Of a stretch of 64,000 bases of DNA, positions 60,761 to 64,000 are shown piece by piece; position 1 is the first letter of the stretch, and every line of letters begins with the position of its first letter. The notes under the pieces are model-generated. The model saw only the letters and a program-made list of their open reading frames with translations. It was not told the DNA's origin and did not search any database. The translations under genes and the position numbers were made by a program. Source of the stretch: an uncultured Chloroflexia bacterium (GTDB taxonomy: Bacteria; Chloroflexota; Anaerolineae; B4-G1; SLSP01); NCBI GenBank assembly GCA_963751345.1, contig CAVVUS010000037.1:111824-175823 (forward strand). The letters are read 5' to 3'.

Positions 60761-60775
60761 GGATGCTAGGCGCCG

Positions 60776-60858
60776 AGATGCAGGAGATGCAGAGGCAAGC
60801 CCTCTATCCTCGTGCACCTCTGCTGCCTCTGCGCAGCTGCTCCTACGCTCCCCCGCAC
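60776..60858. repeat. GCAGAGG/CCTCTGC-type inverted arrays
   Basis: AGATGCAGGAGATGCAGAGGCA ... CACCTCTGCTGCCTCTGCGC; related purine-rich tract at 60312-60358. Confidence 0.6.
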
Positions 60859-60891
60859 ACAATCTTGCACCCCACTGGGCTGCACGCACCC

Positions 60892-60920
60892 TTGACACCC
60901 CCTCTTACCGGTGTTAAGAT
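60892..60920 (+). promoter_or_regulatory. Sigma70 promoter internal to polysaccharide locus
   Basis: TTGACA-17 nt-TAAGAT with TGn extension. Confidence 0.7.
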
Positions 60921-61097
60921 GGTGCACATTGGATGGACAAAGACTCGAGTCGCAACTGTGGCAATGCCCGGGGGCGCACCCTGAACCGGGCGAGCGCCCG
61001 CAGCACCACGCCGTCGTCCCCTGCTCATCGGCTCCTCGCTCTACCAGGAAGCCCTTTCCCTGGCCGCCCGAGATCGACGACACGTCCGGCAATCTCG

Positions 61098-61160
61098 TTA
61101 TTCTCTATTCTCACATTCTCAATTCTCTGATTCTTTCATTCTTGATTCTCTGATTCTGTC
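61098..61160. repeat. ATTCT-core 7/8-mer tandem array
   Basis: ATTCTCT ATTCTCAC ATTCTCA ATTCTCTG ATTCTTTC ATTCTTG ATTCTCTG ATTCTGT, ending a few nt before ATG 61164. Confidence 0.88.
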
Positions 61161-61163
61161 CCA

Positions 61164-62204
<1,041 letters not shown>

Positions 62205-62231
<27 letters not shown>

Positions 62232-62334
62232 AGAATCAAAAGAATGGGCGTGCAGTTCGCTGATTCTCCCATTCTGCATTCTCCGATTCTCCATTCTCTG
62301 ATTCTGTATTCTTTCATTCTGCATTCCGGATTCA
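62205..62334. repeat. AGAAT then ATTCT inverted arrays
   Basis: AGAATCAG..AGAATGA AGAATCAAA AGAATGG, then about 9 ATTCT units. Confidence 0.85.
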
Positions 62335-62356
62335 AGAGGCGTCCAGAGGTGAACCT

Positions 62357-62656
62357 ATGAGCGTACCGGACAAGCTTGAGCTGCTCAAAGAGAGCTATGC
62401 CGATGAGGAGGAGTTGAACCGCGTCCTGGAAAGGCTCTTAGACGTGGTCCTGAACCAGCATCGACTGCGTCTGGCGCGCTACGAGCGGGAGCTGCACGAC
62501 TTTGAGGAGAGGTTCGGGATGGACTCCGCGACGTTCGCGGCCCGTTTCGAAGCCGGCGAGTTGGGCGACCGCACCGACTATTTCGAATGGGCCGGTCTCT
62601 ACGCGCTGAAGCAGGACCTGATTGACAAGATTCACCGTCTGGAAGCTGCTGCATAG
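62357..62656 (+). CDS. Putative antitoxin (TumA-like)
   Basis: L..FEERFGMDSATF..RFEAGELGD..DYFEW; 2 nt upstream of a DUF6516-like gene. Confidence 0.7.
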   Translation: MSVPDKLELLKESYADEEELNRVLERLLDVVLNQHRLRLARYERELHDFEERFGMDSATFAARFEAGELGDRTDYFEWAGLYALKQDLIDKIHRLEAAA

Positions 62657-62658
62657 GC

Positions 62659-63066
62659 ATGATCTCAGCCCACGCTTACTTGGCAGGCGTCAAGGCGACC
62701 ATCGCACTCTGCCCTAACATCACACAGTGGGTGGTCCTGCGCGAGGAAGCCCAGGGCGACGTGGGAATGCTGCGTTATCGACTGACGTTCGACAGCAGCG
62801 ACCTCCTTGAGGTCTTCGAGTACTTCCGAATCGTAGGCGACCAGGTCGTGCGTCCGAAATATAGCTACCATTGGCAGGACAGTGCCGGTGCTCTCAAGAT
62901 GCGCTGGGACAACGCCGCGCATCATCCTGAAGTGGCGACGTACCCACACCACTTGCACCAGTCCTCGGAGGCTCACGTCTTGCCGCACGGCGAGGTGACC
63001 CTGGAAGAGGTGCTCGAAGTCGTGACGCGGCAAGAGGAACAAGCGGAAAAGCGAGAAGGCGAATGA
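62659..63066 (+). CDS. DUF6516 / TumE-like putative toxin
   Basis: KYSYHWQ, RWDNAAHH, TYPHHLH. Confidence 0.82.
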   Translation: MISAHAYLAGVKATIALCPNITQWVVLREEAQGDVGMLRYRLTFDSSDLLEVFEYFRIVGDQVVRPKYSYHWQDSAGALKMRWDNAAHHPEVATYPHHLHQSSEAHVLPHGEVTLEEVLEVVTRQEEQAEKREGE

Positions 63067-63163
63067 GCAAGCGCCTTCTCGCCTTCTCGCCTTTTCGCTC
63101 ATTCTCATTCTTGCATTCTGCATTCTTCATTCTCTGATCCTGTAAATCCTGTGAATCCTGTCC
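63041..63163. repeat. Stacked arrays: GCGAGAAG/CTTCTCGC hairpin, ATTCT array, ATCCTGT 9-mer array
   Basis: GCGAGAAGGCG / CGCCTTCTCGC; ATTCTC ATTCTTGC ATTCTGC ATTCTTC ATTCTCTG; ATCCTGTAA ATCCTGTGA ATCCTGTC. Confidence 0.85.
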
Positions 63164-63186
63164 AATCATCCGATCTCGGAGACCCA

Positions 63187-64000
63187 ATGTCACTTCTTGA
63201 AAAGTTCTCCAACCGCACCGCCACCGTCGGCATCGTCGGCCTGGGCTACGTCGGCCTGCCGCTGGCCGTCGTCTTCGCCAAGGCCGGCTTCCGGGTCCGC
63301 GGCATCGACCTCAACCAGGCGCGCGTCGACGGCGTCAATAGCTGTACGTCGTACATTGAAGACGTGTCGGACGAGACGTTGGCGCTCGCTCTGCGACCGC
63401 CTCTCGGCCGGGACCGACTTCTCCGTCCTGTCCGAGTGCGACGCGGTCTCCATCTGCGTCCCCACCCCGCTGAGCAAGACCGGCGACCCCGACGTCTCCT
63501 ACATCATCGCCGCCGCCGACCAGATCGCCCACTACCTCCACCCGGGGATGGTCGTGGTGCTGGAGTCGACCACCTACCCCGGCACGACCACCGAGATCGT
63601 GCTCCCGCGGCTCACGGGCAACGGGGCGCATCTGACGGTAGGCGAGGACTTCTTCCTCTGCTTCTCCCCCGAGCGCGTCGACCCGGGCCGCGAGGACTGG
63701 ACCACCCAGAACACGCCCAAGATCATCGGCGGGGTCACGCCCGCGCTGCCTGGAGATGGGCCGCGCCTTCTACGGCGCCGCGCTGGAGACCCTGGTCCCG
63801 GTCTCCTCCACCTCGGCCGCCGAGATGGTCAAGCTGCTGGAGAACACGTTCCGCGCCGTCAACATCGGCCTGGCCAACGAGGTGCTCCTGATGTGCGAGA
63901 CGCTGGGCCTCGACGTCTGGGAGGTCATCGACGCCGCGGCGACCAAGCCCTTCGGCTTCATGAAGTTCACGCCCGGCCCCGGCATCGGCGGCCACTGGTG
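63187..64000 (+). CDS. Nucleotide-sugar dehydrogenase (UDP-HexNAc 6-dehydrogenase, WecC/WbpA-like); frameshifts, 3'-truncated
   Basis: GLGYVGLPLA, ICVPTP, ESTTYPGTT, FSPERVDPG, AEMVKLLENTFRAVNI, TKPFGF, PGPGIGGH. Confidence 0.93.

Overview
GC-rich bacterial chromosomal window, probably Chloroflexota/Anaerolineae-like (inferred from gene content: LysW-dependent lysine pathway, PT-rich lipoproteins, LCP, LysM-L,D-transpeptidase). Many genes, including core ones, carry single-base frameshifts, most consistent with uncorrected long-read indel errors. In order, it holds: (1) a sugar operon (rpiB, tal-pgi fusion, lipoprotein, MIP channel, glucose dehydrogenase, GH15); (2) a LysM L,D-transpeptidase; (3) a stand-alone two-subunit group-3-like [NiFe]-hydrogenase; (4) a nucleoside kinase, a TPR/PD40 protein and tRNA-Pro(UGG); (5) a 13 kb two-component/ABC transporter block; (6) patatin, a glycoside hydrolase, gyrA, an AlbA_2/RecG-C protein, nudC, LCP, SseB, NYN, liaF, dinB and dusB; (7) an alpha-aminoadipate lysine operon (hcs-lysT-lysU-hicd-lysW-lysX-lysK); (8) an FAD oxidoreductase and a long coiled-coil protein; (9) the start of a surface-polysaccharide locus interleaved with four-helix-bundle and toxin-antitoxin-type genes. 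Most notable signals: two tandem Lys-codon leader-peptide attenuators upstream of homocitrate synthase; several families of 7-9 nt period repeat arrays at gene junctions, with each four-helix-bundle gene bracketed by its own family; REP-like palindromes, some inside coding sequence; and a candidate small RNA/uORF with a sequestered AGGAGGTG.
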